Below, one piece after another: positions 6,616 through 9,084 of a stretch of DNA of 9,084 nt. The notes beneath the pieces were generated by a model. It was not told the origin of the DNA, searched no databases, and was given only the letters and a program-made list of their open reading frames with translations. The position numbers and the translations under genes are program-made. The stretch spans positions 1 through 9,084 of the forward strand of contig NW_021827978.1 in assembly GCF_006345805.1 (NCBI RefSeq), written 5' to 3'. Numbering within the stretch: the stretch's first letter is position 1; each line of letters begins with the position of its first letter. This DNA comes from Octopus sinensis. Taxonomy: Eukaryota.

Positions 6616-6706
6616 TATACGTACGTACGTATGTATGTATGTATGTATGCATGTATGTATGTAATGTATGTATGTATGTATGTATGTATGTATGTATGTA
6701 TGTATG
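6616..6706. repeat. (TACG)/(TATG)n repeat
   Basis: Direct reading. Confidence 0.95.
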
Positions 6707-7014
6707 TTGCTTTTATGCAGTACTAAAGATGCAGTACGGTTCCTTAGGTTTCACGTCGATGGCGCACACTGAATGTGCTCGGGAAAAGTAATGAATTCAC
6801 TCTTCAGGTGCATTACTGTATCAACAACTACGACGGACTGACCCCTCCCCCCAAAAAACCCCACATTTAACTAATTCTTCAATGAATTGGATTTTTGTGT
6901 TGTTGTAAAAATTACCCACACACACACTACGGAATATTGTTTGCTGGTTTTTTGTTTATTTTTCCTTTGCCATTCTTAGGGCTTGAGATACAGCCAGGGA
7001 AAAGCTATCGATGG

Positions 7015-7476
7015 ATCATGATCACCACCATCATCATCATCATCATAATCCTCCTCCTCCTCATCATCATCATTATCATCATCATCTTCGTCATCATCTT
7101 CGTTATCATCTTTGTCGTCGTTGTTGTCGTCGTCATCTTCCTCCTCATCATCAACATCATCATCATCATCATTCTCCTTTTCCTCCTCATCGTCATCATC
7201 GTCGTCGTCATCATCATCATCATCATCATCGTCGTCGTCATCCTCCTCCTCTTCCTCCTCCTCCTCCTCTTCCTCTTCATCTTCCTCCCCATCGTCCTCA
7301 TCATCGTCGTCATCCTCCTCATCCTCATCATCATCGTCGTCATCATCTTCGTCATTATCTTCGTCATCATCGTTATCATCCTTGTCGTCGTTGTCCTCCT
7401 CCTCCTCCTCCTCCTCATCATCATCATCATCATCGCAAACGTCATCGTTGTCTTCGTCGTCGTCGTCGTCGTCGTT
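7015..7476. repeat. Cryptic trinucleotide array (ATC/GTC/CTC/TTC), about 150 units in one register
   Basis: Almost every triplet in the 6895 frame is NTY; this explains four overlapping low-complexity ORFs. Confidence 0.95.
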
Positions 7477-7770
7477 GCTTATTCTTGCCGAGTGCTGCCA
7501 GAGTGGCGTGATTCAACGGACTCCTCTTAAAAAAAAAATGGAGAAGTTCCTAGTGATTCCACTTTGCGCTCAGCCAATCGGACATTATTACATCTTTACT
7601 CCTTCAAATATTCAAGCTTCATCTCTTAATATCCTGTTGCTCAGTTTTAATCAAGTCGCCATTGACGCACACGCGTATGCACGCATGCGCACTCACGCAT
7701 CCTTCTGTCCAGCTAACTTCATTTGAACATTTCGTCCGTCCGTCCTGTGTCTTCCCCAACGTTACCAGTC

Positions 7771-7803
7771 ATATATATATATATATATATACATATATAT
7801 ATA
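7771..7803. repeat. (AT)n microsatellite
   Basis: Direct reading. Confidence 0.92.
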
Positions 7804-7808
7804 ATAAA
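7803..7808 (+). terminator. Candidate polyadenylation signal AATAAA
   Basis: First canonical AATAAA I found on + after the GPCR stop codon; ATTAAA also at 7864-7869. Use unproven in AT-rich DNA. Confidence 0.2.
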
Positions 7809-7902
7809 GGGTAAAATTAATTAATCAATTAGTAATTAATAATTTTACCAAGTAGTTCCGTATATTAAAAGAACCATTATCGGTAAACCTTATACAAAAT
7901 TT

Positions 7903-8138
7903 CTATAATTATAAGCATAATTATAATTAGTGTTCAGCAAAAATTGCTTCACCATATACCGAAATTTAGAAATAGCAGTTAAATACTATTCCACTACCAT
8001 AGTGCGTGAGTTGGGAGTATTGCTGTCTGGGAGATATCTTATAGTAGTGGAATAGTATGCAACTGCTATATCTAAATTTCGGTATGTGGTGAAGCAATTT
8101 TTGCTGAACCCTAATTATAATTATGCTCATAATTATAG
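7903..8138. mobile_element. Foldback element / MITE-like long inverted repeat
   Basis: Arms 7903-8001 and 8040-8138 pair base by base (coordinate sum 16041) with 7 non-WC positions and no indel; 38-nt spacer. The inverted repeat is certain; MITE identity is inferred. Confidence 0.8.
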
Positions 8139-8302
8139 GCGCAGGAGTGGCTGTGTGGTAAGTAGCTTCTTTACCAACCACATGGCTCCGGGTTCAGTCC
8201 CATTGCGTGGCATCTTGGGCAAGTGTCTTCTGCTATAGCCCCGGGCCGACCAAAGCCTTGTGAGTGGATTTGGTAGACGGAAACTGAAAGAAGCCCGTCG
8301 TA

Positions 8303-8348
<46 letters not shown>

Positions 8349-8552
8349 TGTCTGTGTTTGTCCCCTTGGCATTGCTTGACAACCGATGCTGGTGTGTTTA
8401 TGTCCCCGTCACTTAGCGGTTCGGTAAAAGAGACCGATAGAATAAGTACTGGGCTTACAAAGAATAAGTCCCGTGGTCGAGTTGCTCGGCTAATGGCGGT
8501 GCTCCAGCATGACCGCAGTAAAATGACTGAAACAAGTAAAAGAGTAAAAGAG
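8138..8552 (+). mobile_element. Near full-length tRNA-derived SINE with internal (TA)n
   Basis: A box TGGCTGTGTGG (8148-8158), B box GGTTCAGTCCC (8191-8201), CORE-like TTGGGCAAGT, internal (TA)n at about 8301-8345. 3' end GGCGGTGCTCCAGCATGACCGCAG...CTGAAAC with (AGTAAAAG)2 tail. Confidence 0.85.

Positions 8553-8581
<29 letters not shown>
8553..8581. repeat. (TA)n at SINE 3' flank
   Basis: Direct reading. Confidence 0.92.
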
Positions 8582-8587
<6 letters not shown>

Positions 8588-8780
8588 ATGTTAGTTATGA
8601 CCGGTTCATAAGGTCACCCAGCGTTTCACGTCCATAGAGCGCTTAGCTTTACATAGTCTCATCTGAATCCAATGACCCGTCTACTGCTCTATGACTTATA
8701 GTGTTGTTCTCTTTCGGATCTATGCTTTACTGACAGTATATGTATGAATGGATGGATGGGTGGGTGGATGTGTGTGTGTG

Positions 8781-8947
8781 CCTGTGAAGGTGCGTGGGTT
8801 CGATTTCTGTACGGCGGTGCGCAAAGCACTTTCGTTTCATCTCGCTTCAGTCCGCTCAGCTGTCAATGGGTCACCCTAAAAGGTTGCAAAGTGCACTGTG
8901 ACCAGCGATGTATAACAACATCCGATCTTCTGGGTGATCACATGATA
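8781..8947 (+). mobile_element. Decayed SINE fragment
   Basis: B box GGTTCGATTTC (8797-8807), then GCAAAGCACTTTCGTTTC...CAGTCCGCTCAGCTG and TGTGACCAGCGATGTATAACAAC, which I recall from octopus repeats. Confidence 0.55.
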
Positions 8948-8955
8948 CACACACT

Positions 8956-9084
8956 CATATATATATACTTATGTATGTATGTATGTATATATGTGTATAT
9001 ATGTAATATACATACATACATACATACATACATACATACACACATACACACACAAATATATATATACATACATACATACATATA
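8956..9084. repeat. (TA)/(TATG)/(TACA) microsatellite block
   Basis: Direct reading. Confidence 0.93.

Noticed and set aside
7011-7511. His-rich protein akin to squid beak histidine-rich proteins
   Set aside because: It lacks Gly-His-Gly-type repeats and a signal peptide. All frames are open because of the triplet repeat, so the ORF carries no coding evidence.
6895-7530. Multi-pass membrane protein (I/V/L-rich ORF)
   Set aside because: The hydrophobicity is a by-product of NTC triplets; there are no loops or family motifs.

Overview
AT-rich, microsatellite-saturated animal genomic DNA. The SINE/MITE sequences match what I recall from Octopus (coleoid cephalopod) genomes; this is recall, not a database search. 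There is one convincing gene: an uninterrupted ORF for a class A GPCR at 3450-4868 (+, 472 aa), most like GPR161 (GPR161/GPR101 clade). A strong splice acceptor at 2861-2862 probably opens its last exon, and the resulting leader carries several uORFs. The rest is repeats: an internally deleted mariner element with a nested retroposon 3' end, three tandem tRNA-like SINE heads, three further SINEs, an exact 155-bp tandem duplication and many simple or compound microsatellites. The most striking non-coding structure is a 236-bp foldback at 7903-8138 (99-bp arms, 92/99 Watson-Crick pairs). Nearly all other ORFs in the track are microsatellite artefacts. I see no clear novel multi-gene system; the best leads are the foldback and the rewired signalling motifs of the receptor.
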